The notes below the pieces were generated by a model that worked only from the letters and a program-made list of their open reading frames with translations, had not been told where the DNA came from and made no database searches. This document shows, piece by piece, positions 9,033 through 17,843 of a stretch of 64,000 nt of DNA. This stretch comes from Candidatus Sigynarchaeum calidifontis. GTDB taxonomy: Archaea; Asgardarchaeota; Lokiarchaeia; Sigyniarchaeales; Sigyniarchaeaceae. How positions within the stretch are numbered: the first letter of the stretch is position 1; every line of letters starts with the position of its first letter. Location of the stretch: positions 2,948-66,947 of the forward strand of contig JAUQYZ020000231.1 of NCBI GenBank assembly GCA_030587475.2. Direction: 5' to 3'. The translations under genes were made by a program, and so were the position numbers.

Positions 9033-10282
9033 ATTTACATGCTTTATTTCGCAGAGAATTGAACATGTGCGCAAAAAAACAAGCAGCAGTTGGGCCGTCG
9101 ATCGACCCTGCGATCCGGAAGGAGAGAGCAATCAAGGTGCTGCGCGATGCTTTCGAGGAAAAATTAAAAGAAACTACCCAGCTGTCATACCAGCTTCCCG
9201 AGGGAGCGCTGGTTGTCGATGAAATCCCGGCGGATGTCGCGTTCAAGAAGACGGTCGAGATCGCCAAGAGCTTGTACGACCAAATCATGGAATCCGGCCG
9301 GTTCGGTCTAGATGTTCCATCACGCAGCTCGACCAACATCATCTATGACGAGAATAACGACCTTCTACTTTTAGGTGATAAAAAAAACCGGAAATGGTTC
9401 CATTCCTTAACTAGCGTCGAGGACATGACCCAACTCATCAAGACCCTCGAGATAGTGAATCAATTACTGGAGAAACGGATCCACGCAACAAAGCGTGAGG
9501 TTTTTTACAACGACGTGAATCTTTTCAAGGAACAAGTGAACTCGGACAATTGCATCGAAGACTTGTCAACCATTCTCAACACGATCCGGAACTCGACGAA
9601 CATCGTCGCATCGGCCGTGGGCAAGGCAGTTGGCAGGTTGCGGATTCGAGACCAGTCGGACATCATCGATCTCGAAGCAATGGGCTCGGGAGGCTGGGCG
9701 ATCACGCCTTTTCTCGACAACGTGGAAATCATCGAATCCGACGCCGAATTTGTCCTCGTGATCGAAAAGGATGCCGCTGCAATGCGGTTGAGCGAGGCTA
9801 AATGGTGGAAGGAATATCCTTGCATCATCATATCGGGGCGTGGTGCCGCCGACATCGCGACACGCATGTTTTTGAAGCGGATCAACAAAGTTCTAAACAT
9901 TCCCACCTTTTGCCTAGTCGATTCCGACCCGTATGGTCACTACATCTATTCCATCTACTTGCGCGGCTCCAAGAAGCTGTCCTACGAGTCACCCTTCCTC
10001 GCCACGCCGAATATCCATTTACTTGGCGTGTTGACACGTGACCTCGATTCCTATAATGTCCCGAAAGAATGTCGCATCCCTATGAACAAGACCGACATCA
10101 AGCGGTGCCAGGAGATGCTTAACGAAAGCTTTGTCCAAAAAAATCCTAAATGGGTCGCCGACCTCGAGTTAATGATGAAGATCAAGGAAAAAGCCGAGAT
10201 ACAGAGCCTCAGCGCCCACGGATTCGAGTATCTTACTTCTGAATATTTACCATCTAAGATCGCCACAGCCGACTGGATTTGA
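9029..10282 (+). CDS. top6A: DNA topoisomerase VI subunit A (Spo11 family)
   Basis: KREVFYND (catalytic Tyr region), the Toprim Glu in FVLVIEKDAA, and DxD in CLVDSDPYGHYIYSIY. ATGA overlap with the top6B stop. An alternative start is the Met of MCAKKQ, 12 codons in. Confidence 0.9.
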   Translation: MNLHALFRRELNMCAKKQAAVGPSIDPAIRKERAIKVLRDAFEEKLKETTQLSYQLPEGALVVDEIPADVAFKKTVEIAKSLYDQIMESGRFGLDVPSRSSTNIIYDENNDLLLLGDKKNRKWFHSLTSVEDMTQLIKTLEIVNQLLEKRIHATKREVFYNDVNLFKEQVNSDNCIEDLSTILNTIRNSTNIVASAVGKAVGRLRIRDQSDIIDLEAMGSGGWAITPFLDNVEIIESDAEFVLVIEKDAAAMRLSEAKWWKEYPCIIISGRGAADIATRMFLKRINKVLNIPTFCLVDSDPYGHYIYSIYLRGSKKLSYESPFLATPNIHLLGVLTRDLDSYNVPKECRIPMNKTDIKRCQEMLNESFVQKNPKWVADLELMMKIKEKAEIQSLSAHGFEYLTSEYLPSKIATADWI

Positions 10283-10290
10283 CCCAAACC

Positions 10291-10833
10291 ATGAAAGTGT
10301 TTCGATTGAGCGATGGCCGCATCGTCCAAATCATCGATAAGGACAAGATACAGAGATGGGACCCGGCAACCCCTGCCTTGTTTGTCAATTACATCCTGGA
10401 CAAGAAGATCGAATCATATGGTTCTTCAAAAGATCAAGCCGAGATCCGTGCCTATTTAAACGAGATACTCGAGGAAATTGCCGTTCCCAAGCTCACGAGC
10501 GCCTTGAAGTCCCCCGATCCAAACGTGCGGCTCACGATCGCCAAGAACCTGGTCGACATATCTAAGAAAAAAGCAGATATGGTCAAGGGTGTCTTGAGCT
10601 TCTTGCAAGAAGCGGAGAAGAACGAGACCGAAACGGATATCAAGGCAAACATCGCCCAAGTCTTGAAAAATTATGACAAGGCGGTGAAGCGGAAGCAATA
10701 CGAGGCCAAGCGAAAGAAAATGAAAGAACTGGACGAAAGGCTCAAGGCGGGCAAGATCACGGCTGATGAATACGTGAAGGAACGGAAGGAATTCCTGCTC
10801 CTGGGCGTGGAAACGGGCGCAGAGGAGGAATGA
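10291..10833 (+). CDS. HEAT-repeat-like / SHOCT-motif protein
   Basis: LKSPDPNVRLTIAKNLVDIS is a HEAT/PBS-lyase-type repeat. A KE-rich helix follows. C-terminal LDERLKAGKITADEYVKERKEFLLL matches the SHOCT motif. Start is ATG 10291, or TTG 10279 overlapping the top6A stop (TTGA). Confidence 0.7.
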   Translation: MKVFRLSDGRIVQIIDKDKIQRWDPATPALFVNYILDKKIESYGSSKDQAEIRAYLNEILEEIAVPKLTSALKSPDPNVRLTIAKNLVDISKKKADMVKGVLSFLQEAEKNETETDIKANIAQVLKNYDKAVKRKQYEAKRKKMKELDERLKAGKITADEYVKERKEFLLLGVETGAEEE

Positions 10834-10846
10834 AGGGGGGAAATAG

Positions 10847-11692
10847 TTGATCTACGGCATTTCGATCATTACGACCACCGGATATCCGTATTACAACAAA
10901 GATTTCGCCCTCGAGCCGCGGAACACGGTATTGAAAAACCTTTTTTTTAATTACTCGAAAAACGTGATTCAAACAGCTAACGAGAACGAATTTGAGCTCG
11001 TCGCGGGCCTGGTATCAGCCTTGTTCAATTTCTCGGGTGCCCAGAATCGCCCGATCCAGGAGCTCGTGTACACGCGTCCCGAGTACCAGATCGAGAATCT
11101 CCTGGATGGTCAAACCAAGAACGAGACCGGGACGCTCATAACAATTCGATGCGAGTATTACAGCATCAAAGCAGCTGTGAAACGAAAACTCGACTACATC
11201 TACGAGAAAATGATAAAGCCACTCGAGCCGCTGGGGGACAAATCGAAGCTCGCGCCCTCGGAGGAGAAGACGATACAAGATATCTTGTTGAATATGCCGT
11301 CCAAGCAGATTATTCGAGCACACTCGAAGGAATTAGATAATTATCTCAAGACCTTCATCAAGGACAATAAAAGTTATGGTATAAAAGCCATCGCGATCGC
11401 GAGCGCCGATTTGACGCTGTTAAAGACCGTGGGGATCATCGACGAGGACTTGCAAAAGCTATTGCGCGTGGTGGAATGCCCCGAGGTCGATCCCTTAGCG
11501 TGGAAGTTCCGCCAAGCATGGACATTTGACAACCAGCAAGTCACCCTCGTTTTCGTGAACTCGGCGTTCAACGTGGAGCATGACACGCTCAAGGAACCGC
11601 TATATTACATCATTTTGTGCGACGCGTATTCTGCTATCGGTGAGCTACCGCGCAGACTCTTCATGGACATAAACGCGATAATCGAAAAATGA
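10847..11692 (+). CDS. Tandem longin-like / roadblock (LC7/MglB)-like domain protein
   Basis: TTG start preceded by AGGGGGG 6 nt upstream. N-terminal IYGISIITTTGYPYY...LVAGLVSALFNFS...LITIRCEYY...KLDYIYEKM fits a longin-type pattern. C-terminal IKAIAIASADLTLLKTVG...VTLVFVNS...LYYIILCD...GELPRRLFMDINAII is roadblock-like. Confidence 0.65.
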   Translation: MIYGISIITTTGYPYYNKDFALEPRNTVLKNLFFNYSKNVIQTANENEFELVAGLVSALFNFSGAQNRPIQELVYTRPEYQIENLLDGQTKNETGTLITIRCEYYSIKAAVKRKLDYIYEKMIKPLEPLGDKSKLAPSEEKTIQDILLNMPSKQIIRAHSKELDNYLKTFIKDNKSYGIKAIAIASADLTLLKTVGIIDEDLQKLLRVVECPEVDPLAWKFRQAWTFDNQQVTLVFVNSAFNVEHDTLKEPLYYIILCDAYSAIGELPRRLFMDINAIIEK

Positions 11693-11703
11693 GCATCCAT
11701 TCA

Positions 11704-12417
11704 TTACGTATTCCTGAAGATCTCGACGATGCCGTTACCTTTTATCTTGATCCCGCGGGAAGCGAACTGCTTGAGCACGTCGGGGTGTTCCTGGGACACT
11801 AGAACGATTGTTTTGCCGAATGTTGAATTGGCCTCCTTGAAAGACTCGAAAAGTTCCATTCGGCCATCGCTATCGAGGTTCTGCTCAGGTTCATCAGCAA
11901 AAATGATGTCCCGATCCATGGCCAGTGCCCGCGTGAGCAAGGCGCGTTGTTGCTGCCCGATGCTGCACGTGTTCGGGTGTTTCTCGAGGATATCCTCGAT
12001 TTTGAACCGGTTGACGTAGATATCGAGCCGTTTAACGATATCCTCGGGATTGCTCCTTTCTTGATTGGAGCCATCCATACCACCTCGCTCATAAGAGAGA
12101 TAAAATGGCAAGAGTATGTTTTCGCGGATCGTGAGTTCCGGGAGAAGAACCTGGTATTGTGAAACGAAACCGAAGTTCATCGCTTGCCACGTGACGATCC
12201 CCTTGAATGGTTGCATGATTCCGCTCATGATTTTAAGGAGGCTTGTCTTGCCACTGCCATTTGGCCCGGATATGGACAAGAACTCGCCCTCAAGCACTTC
12301 GAGGCTCACGTCGCTCAATGGCGTGAAGATCTTCTTTCCCTTGAATGGCCCCGAATTCCGGTCCACCTTGTAGGAGATCGTAACGTGGTCTAGTTTAATT
12401 AACCATCTTCGCGACAT
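11704..12417 (-). CDS. ABC transporter ATP-binding protein (MacB/LolD-like)
   Basis: Walker A GPNGSGKTSLLKIMSG, signature CSIGQQQRALLTRAL, Walker B IIFADEPEQNLD. It overlaps the upstream permease gene by 23 nt. Confidence 0.9.
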   Translation of the reverse strand: MSRRWLIKLDHVTISYKVDRNSGPFKGKKIFTPLSDVSLEVLEGEFLSISGPNGSGKTSLLKIMSGIMQPFKGIVTWQAMNFGFVSQYQVLLPELTIRENILLPFYLSYERGGMDGSNQERSNPEDIVKRLDIYVNRFKIEDILEKHPNTCSIGQQQRALLTRALAMDRDIIFADEPEQNLDSDGRMELFESFKEANSTFGKTIVLVSQEHPDVLKQFASRGIKIKGNGIVEIFRNT

Positions 12418-14956
12418 ACTTGTCCACCTGGACGAGCTTCAAGAGCAAGGCGCATAAAACGAACAGCAAGAGTAACAAGATGACCCAACTTTCCAAAGTA
12501 ATGAACGAAAAGTAAAACATGTCCTGGAAATCGATCGTCCATTTGATGATCGTGAGTTTCAAGATAGCAACGAACAAGGGGCCCAGAACGAGGAAACCAA
12601 GCATTGCCCCGACACCGTAGCCGATCGAATCTTGGATCAGCTGTTCGGTATAATAATACTTGGAAATGGCTTCCCGATCGAGCTTGCACACGTGCTTCAA
12701 GATGAAAATGCGGTCTTCCTCGCGGTACATCTCGCGCTTGACATTTTGATCATTGATCGAAATGAAAATGGCGATGAATACGACGATAACCAGCACCATG
12801 ATCACGAGCAGGGTCGTGATCGCCCCTATAACGAACTCTTCAAAATCAGGGCTGAGCAGCCCGGGGATGACCCCGACGTAGAGATACGGGTTGAGCCGAT
12901 CCGTGACCTGGTATTGCACGCTGTAATAGTCAGTGTTGTTCAAGATGTCGTATAAAACGATCCGGCAGTAAACCACGGATCCGTTGACCTGGGATGGCAA
13001 GACCACGTACCAATAACCGTTTTTATTGCTTGAACCCCCCTCGTAGGTCATGTTCAACGTGGCATTCTTGTCAAAGGTGCTATTCAGCGAAAACATAACG
13101 CTCGCATTCTTCACGCCGGTAACATCGAATAAATTAACGCGTATTTTCGCCTTGTCATTTGAAGAAATCGTGGTAGTCGTGCTGAAATAACGGCCGCTCG
13201 GGGCGATGCGGATTTCACGTATAACGGGCCCTTGCAAATCCTGGTACAAATAGGCGACGGGGACATGAAAATCTTGACCGTTCTGGTCATAATGCTTGCT
13301 TTCCGGCCCGAAATAGACGGTAAAGTTGAATAGCACGTGTTCTGCATACAACGGGATGTTGATGGTAGCGCGAAGAATTCCCTTTCTCACACCCGTGGAT
13401 GTGGTGCTGTTGATGATTGAAAACAAGACATGCTGGTAAGGGGGCGTGTAATCGAAGATGTACCATAGATCTCCTGAAATCGAGGCTGTGTAATTCGTAC
13501 TAAAGTTGAGATCCACGTATAACTTCCCACCGGGGATTGCAAACGGGTTGAAGGTAAAGTGATGGATGATGTATGGCTGCTGCATCACCCGGAGGATAGT
13601 GGAATTGACCCGCCCATCCACGTTCGTTGCGGTTATGTTGAGGTAGTTCCAGCCCCTGGTCAAGCCCATCCCCCCGAGGATCCCGGAGGTTATATTCAAG
13701 TATGACCTGGCCGAACCGGTAACGTTCAAGTTCTCAACCGTGACATTGCATGCCTCCGAAAATGATGCATTTATGCCGATCGTGATGTTCACCAGCGAGC
13801 TCGTGTTTCTCGGGGAGAAAATGTAGATGTATGGCTCGCTTGATTTCTGGAACGTGAAGTGCAGGGTGAAATACCTGGTATTACCATAGTTATCAGCCGC
13901 GTTGATATCGACGGAGTAATTCCCGAAGGTCTTGTTGAATTCAACCCGAAAAGAAAAGTACTTCTGATAGCTCGATATGTTCCAAGCCTTGTTAAAATTG
14001 CCAGCCAGGCTGACGTTGCACTTGATGTAATCGTTAGCCGTGAAGTTGATCCATCGCAGCGAATTATAAACCGTGCTCCCGTTACCAGGTTTTAGCGATG
14101 TAAGAGTTATAGGGGTATCCACCCTGTTGACCAAAATAGTCCTCGAATAAAGCTTGTTTTGCTGGACGAAAAACGTGATATTGTTTAATCCAACGTTTAA
14201 ATTAGTGGCAGGAACGAAGGAATAGTACCTGGCCCCGGAACGCTGTGTTGACGAGTTCCCGTTGATCGAGACCCATGCAGTCGATGTTTGGTTGATCCAG
14301 AGGCTCAATGTCGGGCGGGGATCACGCGTGGTGGTCTGGTTATAAATGCCTATTTGCACGCGTTGTATTGCCTGGAGCAGTGACGGATCCTGATAATTAA
14401 TACCTTGGCCGCTCGCCTCTTGCAATCGGATGGAGAAAAATGATTGGCCATTATCCTCGTGGGTGAAATATCCGGCACTGTTATTCGCCCAGATGAAAAA
14501 TAAATAGGTTAAAGGTTCAGGGATTCCCGACTCGGCGAGCACGTAATCGATCGTGAATCGATAGAACTGGCCCGATAGATTCGTCGCAAACAATTTCCCT
14601 TCGATCGGGACACTCGTTTTCATGAAATCGATCGAATAATACAATCGAACGCTCTCTACGGCATAAAAATCGGAGACGCCGCAAGTGATGTTAACTGCAC
14701 GCGGCATCTCGAGAGCGATGGAGATGCTTTCAGTGGGATACTTGATGTCGAAAATCCGTGGACCCTTTATCCCCATGGCACGGTAGGAGGCTGACAAGAA
14801 AGACGAGCCCACGACGAGCATTGCGACGAATAGAGCGGTGACACCCGCAGTGAGAATGATGCCAGGCGTGTACTTGCGCGTCTCGTAAAGCAGCCGTCTC
14901 CGGAAGAGCCAGAAAAGCGAACGGTGCTTGATCTCTCGCGGGGTTTGCCCCTTCAT
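12395..14956 (-). CDS. FtsX/MacB-like ABC permease with a roughly 650-aa sequon-rich extracellular domain
   Basis: N-terminal TM (IILTAGVTALFVAMLVVG), a long beta-rich ectodomain with Ig-like repeat signatures (GNYSVDINAADNYGNT, LNITATNVDGRVNST), then a C-terminal three-TM FtsX-like module (REMYREEDRIFILKHV..LDREAISKYYYTEQLIQDSIGYGVGAMLGFLVLG). I counted 31 N-x-S/T sequons by eye. Confidence 0.7.
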   Translation of the reverse strand: MKGQTPREIKHRSLFWLFRRRLLYETRKYTPGIILTAGVTALFVAMLVVGSSFLSASYRAMGIKGPRIFDIKYPTESISIALEMPRAVNITCGVSDFYAVESVRLYYSIDFMKTSVPIEGKLFATNLSGQFYRFTIDYVLAESGIPEPLTYLFFIWANNSAGYFTHEDNGQSFFSIRLQEASGQGINYQDPSLLQAIQRVQIGIYNQTTTRDPRPTLSLWINQTSTAWVSINGNSSTQRSGARYYSFVPATNLNVGLNNITFFVQQNKLYSRTILVNRVDTPITLTSLKPGNGSTVYNSLRWINFTANDYIKCNVSLAGNFNKAWNISSYQKYFSFRVEFNKTFGNYSVDINAADNYGNTRYFTLHFTFQKSSEPYIYIFSPRNTSSLVNITIGINASFSEACNVTVENLNVTGSARSYLNITSGILGGMGLTRGWNYLNITATNVDGRVNSTILRVMQQPYIIHHFTFNPFAIPGGKLYVDLNFSTNYTASISGDLWYIFDYTPPYQHVLFSIINSTTSTGVRKGILRATINIPLYAEHVLFNFTVYFGPESKHYDQNGQDFHVPVAYLYQDLQGPVIREIRIAPSGRYFSTTTTISSNDKAKIRVNLFDVTGVKNASVMFSLNSTFDKNATLNMTYEGGSSNKNGYWYVVLPSQVNGSVVYCRIVLYDILNNTDYYSVQYQVTDRLNPYLYVGVIPGLLSPDFEEFVIGAITTLLVIMVLVIVVFIAIFISINDQNVKREMYREEDRIFILKHVCKLDREAISKYYYTEQLIQDSIGYGVGAMLGFLVLGPLFVAILKLTIIKWTIDFQDMFYFSFITLESWVILLLLLFVLCALLLKLVQVDKYVAKMVN

Positions 14957-15032
14957 GATGGTGCATCCAACGGGTGATAGCGGTGCCTATCACCACAATA
15001 AAACCACCTTTGGATTAAATATTCTTTGGAGG

Positions 15033-15039
15033 AAAAAAA
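15033..15039 (-). terminator. Oligo-T terminator after thrS
   Basis: T7 on the minus strand, 7 nt downstream of the thrS stop (15046-15048). Confidence 0.45.
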
Positions 15040-15045
15040 GGGGAT

Positions 15046-17112
15046 TTATTGGCGGAAGTAGACACGTGTGCTGAGCTTACGGAAGGGCAAGGGTAACTCG
15101 CGCCGGGGGAAGCCTTCCAGGTCCTTGTTAACCATGTCAATAAAGGTATCGAGCGGGATATTGTTGATCTGCTCGGCAGTCTTTCCTTCGACGATTTTTT
15201 CACCAACGAGACGCTTGCGGATCGAAACGGTCTTGTTCTTGACCTCTTCTGCCCCGATTACAACAGTATACGGGATCCATTCCACCTCGGACTGGCGGAT
15301 TTTCTTCCCGACTGTCTCGTCGCGGTCATCGAGATCGGCTCGTATATTATGGCGATTGATTTCGTCAGCGATTTTTTGCGCGTAACTAGCTTGATCCTTT
15401 CCAACGGAGATCACGCGAACTTGTATTGGCGAAAGCCACGTCTTGAACCCGGTCACGTGCGTGTCTTTATTACGGATGTTCCCCTCGAGCAGCGCCCAGA
15501 TCACGCGCTCTATACCACCGCTGGGTGAGTTATGGAGGATGATCGGGTGGCCGGTTTTTCCGTCCTTTGCGTGCCACGTGATGTCGTATTTCTGGCGTTT
15601 CTTGCCGTATTGCTCGATGTAATCCATACCCGATTCAACATCAATTTGGATGGTCGAGAGGCAAGAACTCTGTCCAGATACTGACAAGGCAGGACGCTCG
15701 TATTTCAAGATAAAATAATAGTAACGCTCGGGCCAGAGCTCGAGCAATGCAGGTCGTGCCTCGGACTTTATCACGTCGATGATCCAACTTTTATTCTCGG
15801 CCCAGAACGCCTCGGTCGTGCGGATGATCATGAAGGTTTTGATGCCCAGCTCGCTGAGGCACTTGTTGTCCATGATGAATTGGCGCTTGAATTCCTCGAC
15901 TGCTTGCGGGAGGTCTTTGCATAGCGTGTGAAGGTCGGGCATGATGAACGCGCGCAGGCGACGCAGCCCAGAAAGCTCGCCGGCTTGCTCCCGACGGAAC
16001 GCGTACTGCTCGTACTCGTAAGCACGCAATGGCAAGGTCTCCTCTCGTATGTTCATTTCCGAGAACATGTTAAACAGCAAGAAATCCGACGCGAACCTGA
16101 GCAAGTATCGGTTGTTCCCGCTGAGCACCGTGTAGGTTTTGGCGGGGAAGCGGGCCGTTTGAGCCGTGAGCTTCTTGTTCTTGACCGTGTACATGACCGG
16201 CGTGTCCACGAGCACGGCCCCGTTTTCGATGACCAGGTGTTCCACGTAGTCGCGAATGAGATTCTTCATTATTATCCCACGCGTGTACCACCGGAAGTTA
16301 CCCTGGTCGCTTGCTTCGTCGAAGTCCGCGATCTCGAACTTCTTCATCAAGGCAATGTGCGGGGGCTCACCCTCCTCGGCACGGAGACCAAGAACCTCTG
16401 AATGGATGAAATCCTGGAAATCTTTAAAGCCAGCGCCTGCATATTGCTCGGGGACCTTGGCTTTCTTCTTCGATTCCTCGGAGCTATCACAAAGATCGAT
16501 TATCTTGCCGTTCTCAGTGACGATCTTGAATTTTGATATGGCACGAACCTCGTCCGCGAGAACTGCGAGCTTGACATCACGGTAACTTTCCGCCACCTCA
16601 TGACCGAGGCATTCAATCTTGAAAGCCTTGTACCATCCAAAAGGGGAGTAATACGCGTCTATGCCTTTTTGCTTGAGTAATTCGGCGATCTTTGGGCATA
16701 CCTCAGAGGCAGTCGCCTCGTTGCTCAAGAAATTGCTAAGATGTGCCCATGGGTAGACGAGAACCTTGTCGACCCGATACATGGAAGGATCCAGGATGAG
16801 CTTTTTCAATTCGCGGGGTTTCTCCGTTGGAGGTTTTATCTTTGGATTCTTTGCGGCAGCCTCGGCTTGCCGCTTGATTTTTTCGTTAGCCTTTGCGATC
16901 TCCGCGTTTTCGTCCTGGATTCGCTTCGGGAAGCCCTGGATGAGGTCTATACCCGCGAGGATTTCGTCCGCGCCTTGTTTTGATATGATATCCGTGTCGA
17001 ACGTGTCTTGGTCCTCGACGGACACATAGCATACCAGCACGAGGCCATCGAGCTTCAGTTCGCTCTTGTCGTATTCCTGGGCATGTGCCATGGCCGGGGC
17101 TTTCTTTTGCAT
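15046..17112 (-). CDS. thrS: Threonyl-tRNA synthetase, archaeal type with N-terminal editing domain
   Basis: Editing domain VYPWAHLS and PFGWYKAFKIECLGHEV. Class II motif 2 FRREQAGELSGLRRLRAFIMPDLH, motif 3 region HNSPSGGIERVIWALLE, and an anticodon-binding C-terminus. Start set at ATG 17112 (GGAG 7 nt upstream). ORF codons 17113-17304 look non-coding. Confidence 0.9.
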   Translation of the reverse strand: MQKKAPAMAHAQEYDKSELKLDGLVLVCYVSVEDQDTFDTDIISKQGADEILAGIDLIQGFPKRIQDENAEIAKANEKIKRQAEAAAKNPKIKPPTEKPRELKKLILDPSMYRVDKVLVYPWAHLSNFLSNEATASEVCPKIAELLKQKGIDAYYSPFGWYKAFKIECLGHEVAESYRDVKLAVLADEVRAISKFKIVTENGKIIDLCDSSEESKKKAKVPEQYAGAGFKDFQDFIHSEVLGLRAEEGEPPHIALMKKFEIADFDEASDQGNFRWYTRGIIMKNLIRDYVEHLVIENGAVLVDTPVMYTVKNKKLTAQTARFPAKTYTVLSGNNRYLLRFASDFLLFNMFSEMNIREETLPLRAYEYEQYAFRREQAGELSGLRRLRAFIMPDLHTLCKDLPQAVEEFKRQFIMDNKCLSELGIKTFMIIRTTEAFWAENKSWIIDVIKSEARPALLELWPERYYYFILKYERPALSVSGQSSCLSTIQIDVESGMDYIEQYGKKRQKYDITWHAKDGKTGHPIILHNSPSGGIERVIWALLEGNIRNKDTHVTGFKTWLSPIQVRVISVGKDQASYAQKIADEINRHNIRADLDDRDETVGKKIRQSEVEWIPYTVVIGAEEVKNKTVSIRKRLVGEKIVEGKTAEQINNIPLDTFIDMVNKDLEGFPRRELPLPFRKLSTRVYFRQ

Positions 17113-17215
17113 ATATGCTCCAGAACTATGTACCATCAGAAGTTTCATAACCAAAATAAAGGCAAGGATACTCATATAACATGCGCACGGGTGTGGTGTG
17201 CGCGGGTGAAACCGC

Positions 17216-17839
17216 GTGGATTTTAACATCGTTTTCAAGGACATATGTGAAGATCTAGACGCTTTCGACGAGGTCCGGGAGGAAATCATGGTGCTTGGCC
17301 GCAAGGGTATCAGGTTATGTTCTGAGGCGATAAAGAAACTGCACCGGCACGAAAACGGCGTGGACCAGCTTATCGATGAAGCACGTGGAGTGTTGAAAGG
17401 AATGCTGGATGTCGCTTCCAGGCATCCGAAACTCCAGTTCGGCTCCTATTTTGATGGCATATACCAAGAATTCACGGAGGCTTGCTTGCTCAAGAGTATT
17501 TTCACTGGGGGGAAGTTCCCGAGACCCGCCGAGCTAGATCCGTCCGTCCCCGCGGTCCAATACCTTACAGGCTTATGCGACGTGATCGGGGAACTTCGAC
17601 GTGCCGTTCTCGATTGCATCAGGGAAGAGCATTTCGAAGAGGCACTCAAATATTTCGATATAATGGAAAAATTACACGACCACGTGAATGCGCTCGATTA
17701 TCCGAATGCCGTGATCCCCGACGTGCGTCATAAAGCAGATGGTAATCGAAAAATCATCAATGCAACGCGCAGCGAGCTCACCATGGCAATGCATATACAT
17801 AAACTCAACGATAATCTCTCGAAAACAACCAAGGATTAG
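17216..17839 (+). CDS. Translin family protein
   Basis: All-helical 207 aa with the translin signature region YLTGLCDVIGELRRAVLD. GTG start. The stop lies 4 nt before the sepS ATG. Confidence 0.7.
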   Translation: MDFNIVFKDICEDLDAFDEVREEIMVLGRKGIRLCSEAIKKLHRHENGVDQLIDEARGVLKGMLDVASRHPKLQFGSYFDGIYQEFTEACLLKSIFTGGKFPRPAELDPSVPAVQYLTGLCDVIGELRRAVLDCIREEHFEEALKYFDIMEKLHDHVNALDYPNAVIPDVRHKADGNRKIINATRSELTMAMHIHKLNDNLSKTTKD

Positions 17840-17843
17840 GATC

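Noticed and set aside
17113-17304. N-terminal 64 codons of ORF 15046-17304 (thrS), and similarly 1786-1944 of the purP ORF.
   Set aside because: The extensions are Ser/Arg/His-rich and not homologous to the respective families. Internal starts with SD-like sequences fit the family N-termini, and the thrS extension would run into the divergent translin gene.
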